Part shown: piece after piece, positions 36,399 through 46,286 of the stretch
How the letters are laid out: each line of letters opens with the position of its first letter
How positions within the stretch are numbered: position 1 is the stretch's first letter
NCBI GenBank assembly: GCA_050251055.1
Contig: JBFWNL010000005.1
Location: 64,001 to 128,000, forward strand
Direction of reading: 5' to 3'
DNA from: Bacteriovoracia bacterium
Lineage (GTDB): Bacteria; Bdellovibrionota; UBA1018; JBFWNL01
DNA: 64,000 nucleotides
Position numbers and translations under genes: made by a program
Notes under the pieces: generated by a model
The model's database searches: none
Told to the model about the DNA's origin: nothing
Seen by the model: the letters and a program-made list of their open reading frames with translations, nothing else

Positions 36399-37232
36399 TT
36401 GACGGGGGAAATGAGCGTGGTGGTGAGTTTAGAACCGAACGTGGAGCCGATCATTTCGGCCAGAAGCCTGGTGAAAACATTTGTAGGTGGCGCGCGCGTG
36501 CTCAACGGCGTGGACCTATCCATTTATCCCGGCGAGTTGGTGGTTTTCATAGGGTCCTCCGGGTGCGGTAAAACGACGCTGCTGAAATGCCTGAACGGGT
36601 TAGAGGCTTTTGATACGGGCGCGCTGAGCATCGCGGGCGTGGAGGTTCATAAATCTGCTGGGGGGACGGGATCTCCCGAGCTAGTCGAAGCCGCCTTCGC
36701 CAAGATTCGCCGCAAGGTCGGCATGGTTTTCCAAAGCTTCAACCTTTTTCCTCACCTCAGCTTGCTGGAGAACGTCGTGAAGCCTCAGGTCGTGGTGCAA
36801 AAGACCGATCTGGAGACGGCGCGCCGTCAGGCCGTTCGCCAGCTAGAACGCGTGGGACTCGCGTCGCTCGCTTCGCGTTTTCCCGCCCAGCTTTCGGGTG
36901 GCCAACAGCAGCGGGCGGCGATCGCGCGCGCGCTGGCACTTTCTCCCGAAGTGATGCTTTATGACGAACCTACCTCGGCGCTCGATCCGGAACTCGTCGA
37001 CGAAGTACTTGACGTGATGAAGCGGCTGGATACCGAGGGGATGACCCAGCTCGTAGTCACGCATGAAATGCACTTCGCGCGGCAAGCTGCGGATAGGATT
37101 CTCTATTTACATGAAGGCGCAATCGCGGAAGAAGGCGCGCCGACCGATATTTTCCAAGCGCCGAAGGACGCACGCACGCGCAAGTTTTTAAAGCGCTTCC
37201 TTTCGCAAGGGGTGGGGGTGGAGCTCGCATGA
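36399..37232 (+). CDS. Polar amino acid ABC transporter ATP-binding protein
   Basis: [36 protein letters not shown]. Confidence 0.95.
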   Translation: MTGEMSVVVSLEPNVEPIISARSLVKTFVGGARVLNGVDLSIYPGELVVFIGSSGCGKTTLLKCLNGLEAFDTGALSIAGVEVHKSAGGTGSPELVEAAFAKIRRKVGMVFQSFNLFPHLSLLENVVKPQVVVQKTDLETARRQAVRQLERVGLASLASRFPAQLSGGQQQRAAIARALALSPEVMLYDEPTSALDPELVDEVLDVMKRLDTEGMTQLVVTHEMHFARQAADRILYLHEGAIAEEGAPTDIFQAPKDARTRKFLKRFLSQGVGVELA

Positions 37233-38881
37233 TTACGCACGTTTTCGAAAGGCTCTGGATTCTCTTCGTGGGATTGTTCCTGGTGGTCTGGTCGGCGTCG
37301 GCCGCCGACGGCGATGAGCTCCCCGTATTGAAGTGGGGCGCGGATTCCGAGGGCGGAGCCCCGTACATCATGCAGGATCCCGCCGATCCCGCGCGCGTGA
37401 TTGGTTACGAGGTGGACCTGATGGAAGCCGTGGCCGCCCAGATGGGGCGTCGCTCGGAGTTTGTTCAGAATCAATGGGACGGGCTGATCCCCGGATTGAA
37501 CCGCGGTAATTATGATCTGGTGGTGAACGGGCTAGAGATCACCGAAGACCGCAAAGCGGAGGTTCTCTTTTCTGATCCCTACTACGTCACCTACGAGCAG
37601 CTCACTGTCCGCAAAGAAACTTCGCATATCCAGTCGCTGCGCGATTTGCCCGGCCGCAAGGTAGGTACCCTTAAAGCCACCTTGGCCGAGCGCATCTTGC
37701 AGGGATTTGGGCAAGGCGAGACGACCGGTGCCGGCCAAAAGATCGAGGTCGTAAGTTACGACGGCCAGATCAACGCGTATGAAGATTTGGCTTTGGGGCG
37801 GGTGGAAGCGGTGCTGATGGATTGGCCGATCGCGCTCTATTATGGACATCCGAACCCGAAGCTAAAACCAGTGGGGCTCGAGATCAGTGATCTGGCTTAC
37901 GGCATGGGTATTCGCAAGCGTGATACTGCGCTCCAGCGCGAAGTGAACGCCGCGATCGCGACCCTCAAGGCCAACGGAAAACTACGCGAGATCTACGAGC
38001 GGTGGGGCATGTGGAACCCGCGGGTGGCTTCGTTCCTACGCGACATGGGTCCGCCACAGCATCAACCCGACAAGTACATGGCTTATCTGAAGGCCGTCGG
38101 CATGGAGCGCGACTGGCGCGTGCGCCTGCAGCAGTACGCGGGCTATCTTCCGTTGTTAATTGACGGGGCATGGATGACGCTGAAGATTTCCTTCCTGGCT
38201 ATGGCGTTGGCCGTGAGCTTTGGGCTTTTGCTCACCTTGGTGCGTCTATATGCTCCGGCGCCCTTGTCGACGCTATCGGTGGCGTACATCGAATTGGTGC
38301 GCGGCACGCCACTTTTGATCCAGCTCTTTTTCATTTTTTATGGTTTGCCGAACCTCGGCATTAGCCTTAGCCCGATCGTGGCCGCAGTATTGGGCTTGGG
38401 CTTGAACTACGCCGCTTATGAGTCTGAGAACTATCGGGCGGGTATTTGTTCGATGCCTAAAAGTCAGTTCGAAGCCGCGAAGGCCTTGGGATTTTCCGAG
38501 CGCCAGTCGCTTTTCCACATCATCCTCCCGCAGGCGATCCGCGTGGTGATCCCGCCGGTGACGAACGACTTCATCTCGCTTTTGAAGGATTCCTCGCTCG
38601 TGTCGGTCATCACGATGGTGGAGCTCACGAAGGTTTACGGACAGCTCGCTTCGACCTACTACGATTATTTTGGCATCGGCGTGATGACGGCCATCCTCTA
38701 CCTGGTGATGGGCTTGCCGTTCGTACTGCTTTCCCGTATGGCGGAGAAAAAATTCGCGGTGGCCGGCACTTCCGGCGCGACGCTCGTATCGAGTCGAGGC
38801 ACGGGCGGTATTGCGGGAGGATTAAGACGGGTTCTGAGCGGTGCTTCCGACCGGCTGCGGGGCCGGCAGGTGTCTACTTAG
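37229..38881 (+). CDS. Polar amino acid ABC transporter, fused substrate-binding protein and permease
   Basis: SBP family 3 N-terminal region; RGTPLLIQL and EAAKALG permease motifs. Confidence 0.92.
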   Translation: MITHVFERLWILFVGLFLVVWSASAADGDELPVLKWGADSEGGAPYIMQDPADPARVIGYEVDLMEAVAAQMGRRSEFVQNQWDGLIPGLNRGNYDLVVNGLEITEDRKAEVLFSDPYYVTYEQLTVRKETSHIQSLRDLPGRKVGTLKATLAERILQGFGQGETTGAGQKIEVVSYDGQINAYEDLALGRVEAVLMDWPIALYYGHPNPKLKPVGLEISDLAYGMGIRKRDTALQREVNAAIATLKANGKLREIYERWGMWNPRVASFLRDMGPPQHQPDKYMAYLKAVGMERDWRVRLQQYAGYLPLLIDGAWMTLKISFLAMALAVSFGLLLTLVRLYAPAPLSTLSVAYIELVRGTPLLIQLFFIFYGLPNLGISLSPIVAAVLGLGLNYAAYESENYRAGICSMPKSQFEAAKALGFSERQSLFHIILPQAIRVVIPPVTNDFISLLKDSSLVSVITMVELTKVYGQLASTYYDYFGIGVMTAILYLVMGLPFVLLSRMAEKKFAVAGTSGATLVSSRGTGGIAGGLRRVLSGASDRLRGRQVST

Positions 38882-39811
38882 TCGTCCGCCGAGGCTAAGC
38901 CAATATTCCAGTACGCGCGCGGTGGCTTCGAAGCGCGCCTTTTGTCCGGGATCGGCCTGCTGGGCCGGCCGGCGGCTTTCCCCGGAAGCGGGGGCCGCGA
39001 CTTTTTTCAGCTCCGATTTTACGATCTCGAGCGGCGTACGGCCGAAGGCGTCGCGATGCTCAATATTCACTTTGCTCTTCAATAACAGCTGTGCGACGCG
39101 GGCGAATCCTTTTTCGGAGGCCGCCAGCAACGGGGTCATTTTCGTATACTTCGTGGCGGCGTCCGCGTTCGCTCCGGCTTGGAGTAATAGCTGCACGGAT
39201 TCGAATTCACCGCGCTCAGCGGCTACGTAAAGGGGCGTTTCGTGGACTCGGTTGGGTTGGTCAACACGCGCGCCGTAGGCCAAGAGCGCTTCCACGAGTT
39301 CGGCGTGACCGTAAGCCGCAGCCAAGTGAAGGGCGCTGCGGCCGTCTCCGATGTAGGCTCGATCGATGGCATTGGGATCGGCGCCGTGGCTCAGCAAGAT
39401 GCGTACGGTCTCCAAGCCAGCATGTTTTAGGGTCGCGAAATATGCAACGACGCTAACTAGGATCGGGGTGCCGCGCGCATCCCGGGCGTTCGGGTTCGCG
39501 CCCGCCCGTAAAAGGGCTTCGATCGTGGCTGGGCGCGCTTGGGTCGCGGCGAGATACAAAAGGGGAAAACGAAACGAGTCCGCCGTGCGGGCGTTGGGAT
39601 CGGCGCCCTGTTGCACGAAAGCTAAAACTTGCTCGGGACGATTTTCGTATACGGCCACGGCGAGCCGCTGATCCAGCTGCTGAATCTCGCCCGCGGGGGT
39701 GCGGCCGGGGACGGCGGCGTGGGTAGGGGACGGGCCGAAGAGGCTACCGATTACGGCGACGCAGGTGATGACGGATCTCAACTCAACTCTCACTGCTTGA
39801 TGATTTCGCAA
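38822..39811 (-). CDS. Secreted ankyrin-repeat protein
   Basis: GADPNA, SALHLAA, TPLYVAA, TPLLAA repeats. Confidence 0.9.
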   Translation of the reverse strand: MRNHQAVRVELRSVITCVAVIGSLFGPSPTHAAVPGRTPAGEIQQLDQRLAVAVYENRPEQVLAFVQQGADPNARTADSFRFPLLYLAATQARPATIEALLRAGANPNARDARGTPILVSVVAYFATLKHAGLETVRILLSHGADPNAIDRAYIGDGRSALHLAAAYGHAELVEALLAYGARVDQPNRVHETPLYVAAERGEFESVQLLLQAGANADAATKYTKMTPLLAASEKGFARVAQLLLKSKVNIEHRDAFGRTPLEIVKSELKKVAAPASGESRRPAQQADPGQKARFEATARVLEYWLSLGGRLSRHLPAPQPVGSTAQNPS

Positions 39812-39953
39812 GTTTCAGACCAGGCTCCCCCCGGCCGGCTTCATGACATCCCTTTGATATTATGGGCTGTCTTTGATGTGTAGAAAAGAAAAGTGTCTAA
39901 TGTTTTGACGGTTGAGGTGATTCGCAGCTCGGTCCTGATCGTCGGTCCTTGAT

Positions 39954-40592
39954 CTACTCGAGGGGGAACTGGGCCTTAACGGCCTCCAGGAACGCCGGTT
40001 TGAGGGTCATGGGCTTGCGAATCTTATCTCCGAACCGGCCACCTAGACCGCCCCACTGCCCGGCCTTTACACGGGTGGACGGAAAGGGCCGGGTGGTCGA
40101 GCCAAAATCGATTTCGTGCTCAAAGCAGATCGTCTCAGTTTCGCCCAGCCCAGGTTCGTAAGACGCGAAGAAGTCCGTACCCCGTACGCCCATCACCGCT
40201 ACGGGCGTTTTTACGGGGCGATACTTCATTTTTTTATTCGCAGGTAGGTTCTTGAAACGTGCGCGCAATTTACCGAAATTCAGCTGGATCTCCGCCAGCT
40301 CCTTCACTTCGCCGTTCGCCTGCAGGAGCATGTCGAATGGCCCTTGGAGCGCCACATCTTCGTAAGGCAATTGAAGGATGGCGACGGAGCCCGCCTCGCC
40401 GACGATTCGATCGCCGAACTGGAGCGGACTTCCTGCCTTAACTTCCGATTTCTTTCCGGAGTATTCGGTAGTGACCGCGCCTTTCACGGAAATGAATTTC
40501 ATGTCCGCCCCCGCGGCGCCCGCCAGGAGTAAAGCCCCGATCCCGCAAGCCAAGGCCGTAAAACAACGACGAAGAGAAGAGTGGTTCAGCAT
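39954..40592 (-). CDS. FecR-domain secreted protein
   Basis: VKTPVAVMGVRGTDF motif; signal peptide. Confidence 0.8.
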   Translation of the reverse strand: MLNHSSLRRCFTALACGIGALLLAGAAGADMKFISVKGAVTTEYSGKKSEVKAGSPLQFGDRIVGEAGSVAILQLPYEDVALQGPFDMLLQANGEVKELAEIQLNFGKLRARFKNLPANKKMKYRPVKTPVAVMGVRGTDFFASYEPGLGETETICFEHEIDFGSTTRPFPSTRVKAGQWGGLGGRFGDKIRKPMTLKPAFLEAVKAQFPLE

Positions 40593-40600
40593 AGGCGCTC

Positions 40601-41239
40601 ATGGTAACGAGGAAAGAACCGATGAGCAAGCAATCGATCGTGGTTTTTGATTTGGGCGGTGTGTTGGTGGACTGGGATCCTCGCTACTTGTTCATGAAAA
40701 TGAAGCGGCCCGAAGGCGTGACGGAAGACATCGAATGGTTCTTGGGTCACGTCTGTACCCAGGCGTGGAACGAGCAAATGGACGAGGGACTCCCGTTCCG
40801 GGAGGGTTTGGCGCAGCTCTCGCCGCAGTTTCCGGCTTGGCGCGACTGGATCGAGGCGTATCACGCGCGGTGGGTGGAGATGCTTGGCGGCGAGATAGGT
40901 GGGACCGTCGAGATTTTGAACCGCCTCTCCGCGCGCGGCGTACCACTCTATGCGCTGTCCAACTGGTCGGCAGAAACGTTTCCGATTGCCCGTGCGCGCT
41001 ACGACTTTTTCCGTCATTTTCGGGGAATCGTGCTGTCGGGCGAGGTTAAACTCAAAAAGCCAGACCTGCGCATTTATCGGCATTTGCTGACGACGCATGG
41101 GCTGGAGGCGGACCGTTGCGTCTATATCGACGACGTGGCCCGTAATGTTGAAGCCGCCCGGACGCTCGGTTTTCACGGCCACCTGTTTCGGGATCCGCCC
41201 GCGCTGGCTCGCGAACTGGCCAGTTTAGGTCTGTTGTAG
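40601..41239 (+). CDS. HAD family phosphatase
   Basis: FDLGGVL, LSN, KPD, YIDD..NV. Confidence 0.92.
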   Translation: MVTRKEPMSKQSIVVFDLGGVLVDWDPRYLFMKMKRPEGVTEDIEWFLGHVCTQAWNEQMDEGLPFREGLAQLSPQFPAWRDWIEAYHARWVEMLGGEIGGTVEILNRLSARGVPLYALSNWSAETFPIARARYDFFRHFRGIVLSGEVKLKKPDLRIYRHLLTTHGLEADRCVYIDDVARNVEAARTLGFHGHLFRDPPALARELASLGLL

Positions 41240-43054
41240 GTTTTCCAGGCGCGATTGCGCTTCCCGCGCTTCTTGCTGCTTCGCCCACATGTGGGCGTAT
41301 TCGCCGCCACGGGCAAGCAGTTCGGCGTGGCGGCCCCGTTCCACGATCTGTCCGTCTTTTAGGACGAGGATTTGATCGGCGTTCACAATGGTCGAAAGGC
41401 GGTGGGCAATAACGAGGGTCGTGCGGTCGCTCGAGACTTCGTCCAGGGACTTTTGGATTTCCTTCTCGGTGTGCGAGTCAAGCGCCGAGGTGGCTTCGTC
41501 GAACAGCAATATGCGCGGATTCTTGAGGATCGTGCGCGCGATGGCCACGCGTTGTTTTTCGCCACCCGAAAGCTTTAATCCGCGCTCGCCCACGGCCGTC
41601 TCCATCTTCTTCGGAAGTTTTTCGATGAAGCCCGCGAGCTTGGCGAAGTCCGCCGCGCGCTCGACTTCGGCGACGGAGGCGTTCGGGCGCCCATATAGAA
41701 TGTTGTAGCCCAGGGTATCGTTGAAGAGGACCGTATCTTGGGGGACAATGCCGATCACCGATCGCAGCGAGCTTTGTTTCACCCGCCGGATATCCTGGCC
41801 GTCGATGCGGATGGTTCCGCCTTTTACGTCATAGAATCGAAAGAGGAGACGCGCGAGCGTGGACTTGCCGGCGCCGCTCGGGCCGACAATGGCGTAAGTT
41901 TGCCCGGCCGGAACCTTGAAGCTGACGTCGGTCAGGATGGGCCGGGCGGACGTGGCGTCCGGGCCGCCGTAGTCGAACGATACGTGATCGAACTCGACTT
42001 CTCCGTGGTGGACGCGCAGGGCCTCCGCGCCGGGGACGTCGCTGATATCCGCGTTCACCGCGAGCAGCTCGAACATCTTTTCCATGTCGATCAGGCTTTG
42101 CTTGATTTCACGGTAGACGAAACCCAGGAAGTTGAGCGGCAGGTAGAGCTGGATCAGATAGGTGTTCACGAGAACGAAGTCGCCCACCGTCATGGCTTTT
42201 TCCGCGACCTGACGGGCGGAGAGCACCATTACGATCACCAAGCCTACGCCGATGATGAGGCCTTGGCCCACGTTCAGGAAGGAAAGCGAAGCTTGGCTTT
42301 GCACCGCCGCTTTTTCGTAGCCCTGCAGTGCATGGTCGAAACGGCGGTACTCGTGCTCCTCGTTGTTAAAGTACTTCACGGTTTCGTAATTCAGCAGGCT
42401 GTCGATGGCCTTGGTGTTAGCCGTGGTGTCCGTCTGGTTCATCTCCTTGCGGTACTTTAACCGCCAGTCGGTGATGCCTAGGGTGAAGGCGACGTAGACC
42501 ACGATCGTGACGAAGATTACCAGCGAGAATTCGCTTGGGTACTGCCAGTACAGCACGATCGTCACGAGCACAATCTCGAGCAGGGTAGGCAAGATATTGA
42601 AGAGCATGAAATTCAGCACGAACTGGATGCCGCGCGTTCCGCGCTCGATCACCCGGCTCAAGCCTCCGATTTGGCGATCCAGATGGAACGCGAGCGAGAG
42701 CTGGTGCAGGTGCCGAAAAGTATGAAGCGCGATCGTTCGTTGCGCGTGCTGGGCCACGCGCGCGAAAACGAAGTCGCGGAACTCACCGAAGAACTGACTA
42801 AGGATTCGGGCGCCCCCGTAAGCGACGGTGAAACCGACGGCGAGCGAGACCGCAAGGTCCGGGCCGGTAAGCGAATCGACGGCGCGTTTATAAAGGAAGG
42901 GGATGTAGACGCTGATGGCTTTCGCGCCCAATAGGCTCAGCATGGCGATCACTACGCGCAGGCGTAGGTCGGCGCGGCCGCGGGGCCAGAGATATGCGCT
43001 CAGCGTGCGCAGGGTGGACCAGTTGGAGCGGGCGGTGGTTTCCGAGGTTTTCAT
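41225..43054 (-). CDS. ATM1/HMT1-type ABCB exporter (fused TMD-NBD)
   Basis: SLLNYETVKYF, GPSGAGKS, LSGGEKQR, DEATSALD. Confidence 0.93.
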   Translation of the reverse strand: MKTSETTARSNWSTLRTLSAYLWPRGRADLRLRVVIAMLSLLGAKAISVYIPFLYKRAVDSLTGPDLAVSLAVGFTVAYGGARILSQFFGEFRDFVFARVAQHAQRTIALHTFRHLHQLSLAFHLDRQIGGLSRVIERGTRGIQFVLNFMLFNILPTLLEIVLVTIVLYWQYPSEFSLVIFVTIVVYVAFTLGITDWRLKYRKEMNQTDTTANTKAIDSLLNYETVKYFNNEEHEYRRFDHALQGYEKAAVQSQASLSFLNVGQGLIIGVGLVIVMVLSARQVAEKAMTVGDFVLVNTYLIQLYLPLNFLGFVYREIKQSLIDMEKMFELLAVNADISDVPGAEALRVHHGEVEFDHVSFDYGGPDATSARPILTDVSFKVPAGQTYAIVGPSGAGKSTLARLLFRFYDVKGGTIRIDGQDIRRVKQSSLRSVIGIVPQDTVLFNDTLGYNILYGRPNASVAEVERAADFAKLAGFIEKLPKKMETAVGERGLKLSGGEKQRVAIARTILKNPRILLFDEATSALDSHTEKEIQKSLDEVSSDRTTLVIAHRLSTIVNADQILVLKDGQIVERGRHAELLARGGEYAHMWAKQQEAREAQSRLENLQQT

Positions 43055-43081
43055 GACCCACGTATGGTAAAGGGGTGGGGC

Positions 43082-43924
43082 ATGGAAAATCAAACGCCAA
43101 ACGGTGCGCGATTCAAAGAGTGGGCGGTCCCCGGTCCCGCCGCGCCCGGATCGGACGGTCCCCCTTTTGAAGAACCCGGCGTAACGCTCGACGCGATCTC
43201 CGGCCAGTTTCGTCTTCTTCAGTTACGTGAGGGACATCGTTTTTCTACCGATGATTTGTTGGTGGCTTGGTACGGCACGACTCACGCGCCGTGTGTGCGA
43301 ACGATCTTGGATCTGGGGAGCGGAATCGGGTCGGTGGCTACGATCGCCGCTTGGAGACTCCAGGGTGCCCAGGTTACCACGATCGAAGCCCAGCCCGAGA
43401 GCGTCGCACTGGCGCGACGGTCGGCGACATATAACGGTCTTGAATCGCGTATGGATATTCGTCAGGGAGATCTGCGCGACTTGAACCTGCCCGCAGGCTT
43501 TGATTTGGTTTTGGGGAGTCCTCCCTATTTTCCACCGGGCAGCGGCATTGAGGGTGATCACCCTCAAAAGGTCGCCTGTCGTTTCGAAATGCGAGGAGAC
43601 ATCGCGGATTATTGCCAGGCGGCGCGTCGGCACCTAGCCCATGCCGGTGTTTTTGCCGTGGTGTTCCCCGCCCATCCGGAGGAGCAGCGTGCCCGTGCCG
43701 ACCGCGCCGCCGCGGCCGCGCGGCTGAGACGTTTGCGCTCGCGCGATATCATTTTCAAAGAAGGGGATCCGCCGCTCTTACGGGTAGCGCTCTATGGGCG
43801 GGAGGAGGATTTCCCCCGGTCCGTTTCCGAGTGGTGCGAGCCTCCGCTGACGATTCGTTTGGCCGATGGCCGGGTTCATCCCGAATATTCCGTTATAAAG
43901 ATGGAAATTGGTTTCCCTCCCTGA
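43082..43924 (+). CDS. SAM methyltransferase, tRNA1(Val) m6A37 (TrmN6/YfiC)-like
   Basis: GHRFSTD, LDLGSGIG, SPPYF. Confidence 0.8.
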   Translation: MENQTPNGARFKEWAVPGPAAPGSDGPPFEEPGVTLDAISGQFRLLQLREGHRFSTDDLLVAWYGTTHAPCVRTILDLGSGIGSVATIAAWRLQGAQVTTIEAQPESVALARRSATYNGLESRMDIRQGDLRDLNLPAGFDLVLGSPPYFPPGSGIEGDHPQKVACRFEMRGDIADYCQAARRHLAHAGVFAVVFPAHPEEQRARADRAAAAARLRRLRSRDIIFKEGDPPLLRVALYGREEDFPRSVSEWCEPPLTIRLADGRVHPEYSVIKMEIGFPP

Positions 43925-43980
43925 TCCGCGCTCTTTCCAGGTTTGCTGACGTCTTTGTTAAGAGAATCACATAAAAACAG

Positions 43981-43993
43981 CAAGTATTTGATA
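43981..43993. promoter_or_regulatory. IHF-like binding site
   Basis: CAAGTATTTGATA matches YAANNNNTTGATW; similar sites at 46168-46180 and 26662-26674. Confidence 0.4.
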
Positions 43994-44021
43994 TTAAACA
44001 ATAAATATAGCATCACCAAAG

Positions 44022-44050
44022 TTGCTTTGACCCTCTGTTTTCGCCATAAT
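44022..44050 (+). promoter_or_regulatory. Sigma70-like promoter
   Basis: TTGCTT-N17-CATAAT upstream of the Ig-repeat gene. Confidence 0.4.
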
Positions 44051-44074
44051 TAAGGGGAGAACAAGTTTTTTAGA

Positions 44075-46129
44075 GTGGTACGTGAGTTGAGGGAGAACAC
44101 CATGTTTAGCTTTGGTAACCGGAAGTCCATGCGCTTATTCAAGACGTTGGCGCTGATCTGTGCGCTGATGGGTATGGGATCCTCGTGTTTATTGACGACA
44201 GCCAACCAGCACTTGGGGAAGCTCCCCGGAAGTGGCGTCGATTTAGTCTCGATCGAAGTGGATCCGCCCGTCTTGGCCTTGGCCAAGGGGATGAAGCAGG
44301 CGATCACCGTCATTGGCTACGACAAGGAAGGCAACAAGTACAACGTCACGCAGCTCGCGAACTGGGCTTCCCTGAAGGAAGTGATCGCCGAAGTGGAAAA
44401 CCAGGGCGTGGATGTCGGCGTGGTGAAGGCCATGGACAAGGGCAGTGTAGTCATTACTGTCAGCTATAAAGATTTGGAAGCGGAGTTACCGGTAGACGTC
44501 AGCGACGCGGAGCTTTCGCGGATCGAGATTTCCCCGTCGATCGTCTCGGTGGCCAAGGGCATGAGCCAGAAACTCGTGGCGACCGGCGTTTTCACCGACG
44601 ATACGACCCAGGATTTGTCCGGCGATGTGAAGTGGACGTCTTCTGCCTCGGCGGTGACTATCGATGCCAAGGGCGTGTTGGCTGGGGCGGATGTGGGTGG
44701 TGCCAAGATTAAGGCCGCGTTGAATGGCGTGGAAGCCGCCGCCGAAGCGGTGATCACTTCCGCGAGCTTGAGTTCGCTCGAAATTTCCCCCACGAACCCG
44801 TCGGCCCCCGTCGGAGTAGCGCAGAGCTTTGTTGCTACGGGCATCTTCAGCGACGGATCCAAGCAAGACCTAACCAAGTCGGTGAAGTGGGCATCTGCCG
44901 AGGCCAAATTCGCCAGCGTGGACTCGAGTGGCGGCGCATTGGGGATTTCGGCCGGTTCAAGCGCTATTTCCATCCAATATGAATCAGGAGATGGCTCGAT
45001 CTTGGACGCCAAGACGAGCTTTGCCGTCACGGCGGCGGAGTTGGTTAGCTTGACGGTCAGCCCGGATAAGGGCTCGATCGCGGCCGGGCTCACGCAACAG
45101 TTTTCGGCCATGGGTTCTTATACCGACGGCACCCAAAAGGATGTTTCCGCCTCGGTAACCTGGAGCGCTTCGGATAAGAATGTGTTGGCGATTTCCAACG
45201 GCAAGGGCACGGAGGGCCTCGCGACTAGCCTGCAGGCTGGCGTGACGGAAGTGCAAGCGCAGATGAACGGCTTCGGCGGCATGGTCACGGGCAAGATCGA
45301 CTTCACGGTTTCGGCCGCCGAGCTTGTGTCGATCGACATCAAGCCCGCGAGCCTAGCGCTGGCCAAAGGCCTCACCCAGAGTTTTTTCGCAACCGGTAAT
45401 TACACGGACGGAAGCGTGAACGACATCACCACCGACGTGGTTTGGGATTCTTCGGACGCGAAGGTCGCGGCGGTAAGCAATGGCAAGGGGGAGCAAGGTT
45501 TGGCTTCCGCGCTTTCGGCCGGACAGGTCACCGTCACCGCATCACTCAACGGCATTGATGCCAAAGCGGCGATGGAAACGACGGCCGCCGAGTTGGTTTC
45601 GATCGCGGTCAGTCCCAATAATGCCTCGCTCGTGACCGGTGAAACCGGAGTCTACACCGCGACGGGCACCTACACGGACGGTTCGACGGAAGATTTGAGC
45701 GCCAGCGCGGTTTGGGCTTCTTCGGATACGAAGTACGCCACCCTGAGCAACGGCAAGGGCAGTGAAGGCGTCGCTACGGGCGTGGCCAAAGGAAATGTCG
45801 TCGTAAGCGCCACCTTGAAAGGCGTCAGTGGCAGCGCGGACTTGGCGATTCTGGCGCCGAGCTTGAAGAGCATTGCGGTGACTCCGGCTAACTCGTCGGT
45901 GAGCGTGGGAGGGAAGCTCCAATACGTGGCTACCGGCACTTATTCCAACGGCTCCACCGCCGACATTACGGCCAGCGTGGCCTGGACGGCGACGGCCGGA
46001 TCAAAAGGCGCTTCTGCCACCATCTCGGCTTCCGGTCTGTTGACCGGGGGTACAGCCGGTCAGGTCATCGTATCGGCCACGGCTGAAGAGATCGGTGGAT
46101 CGACTAACCTTACGGTCTCCTCCAAGTAA
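44075..46129 (+). CDS. Ig-like (Big_2) repeat surface lipoprotein, 7 repeats (Lig-like)
   Basis: Repeats LVSIxVxP...ATGxYTDGS..D....WxSSD; lipobox MGSSC; the true start is probably a downstream ATG. Confidence 0.9.
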   Translation: MVRELRENTMFSFGNRKSMRLFKTLALICALMGMGSSCLLTTANQHLGKLPGSGVDLVSIEVDPPVLALAKGMKQAITVIGYDKEGNKYNVTQLANWASLKEVIAEVENQGVDVGVVKAMDKGSVVITVSYKDLEAELPVDVSDAELSRIEISPSIVSVAKGMSQKLVATGVFTDDTTQDLSGDVKWTSSASAVTIDAKGVLAGADVGGAKIKAALNGVEAAAEAVITSASLSSLEISPTNPSAPVGVAQSFVATGIFSDGSKQDLTKSVKWASAEAKFASVDSSGGALGISAGSSAISIQYESGDGSILDAKTSFAVTAAELVSLTVSPDKGSIAAGLTQQFSAMGSYTDGTQKDVSASVTWSASDKNVLAISNGKGTEGLATSLQAGVTEVQAQMNGFGGMVTGKIDFTVSAAELVSIDIKPASLALAKGLTQSFFATGNYTDGSVNDITTDVVWDSSDAKVAAVSNGKGEQGLASALSAGQVTVTASLNGIDAKAAMETTAAELVSIAVSPNNASLVTGETGVYTATGTYTDGSTEDLSASAVWASSDTKYATLSNGKGSEGVATGVAKGNVVVSATLKGVSGSADLAILAPSLKSIAVTPANSSVSVGGKLQYVATGTYSNGSTADITASVAWTATAGSKGASATISASGLLTGGTAGQVIVSATAEEIGGSTNLTVSSK

Positions 46130-46286
46130 GACGATTGATAATTGTGAAGGTTTGTATATATTATTAGTAAGTCATTGAAACCAAAGGATAATCACCGGAT
46201 AGGTTGAGTTGTGCAAAGGCCGGGCTTTTGAGAGAATTATAAATAAGCAGTTTGCCTAATTGCAGTACGTTTGTTGAGGTAAAGAT

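Noticed and set aside
44076-44090. Sigma54 promoter TGGTACGTGAGTTGA
   Set aside because: The -12 dinucleotide is GA rather than GC, and a sigma70-like promoter lies upstream.
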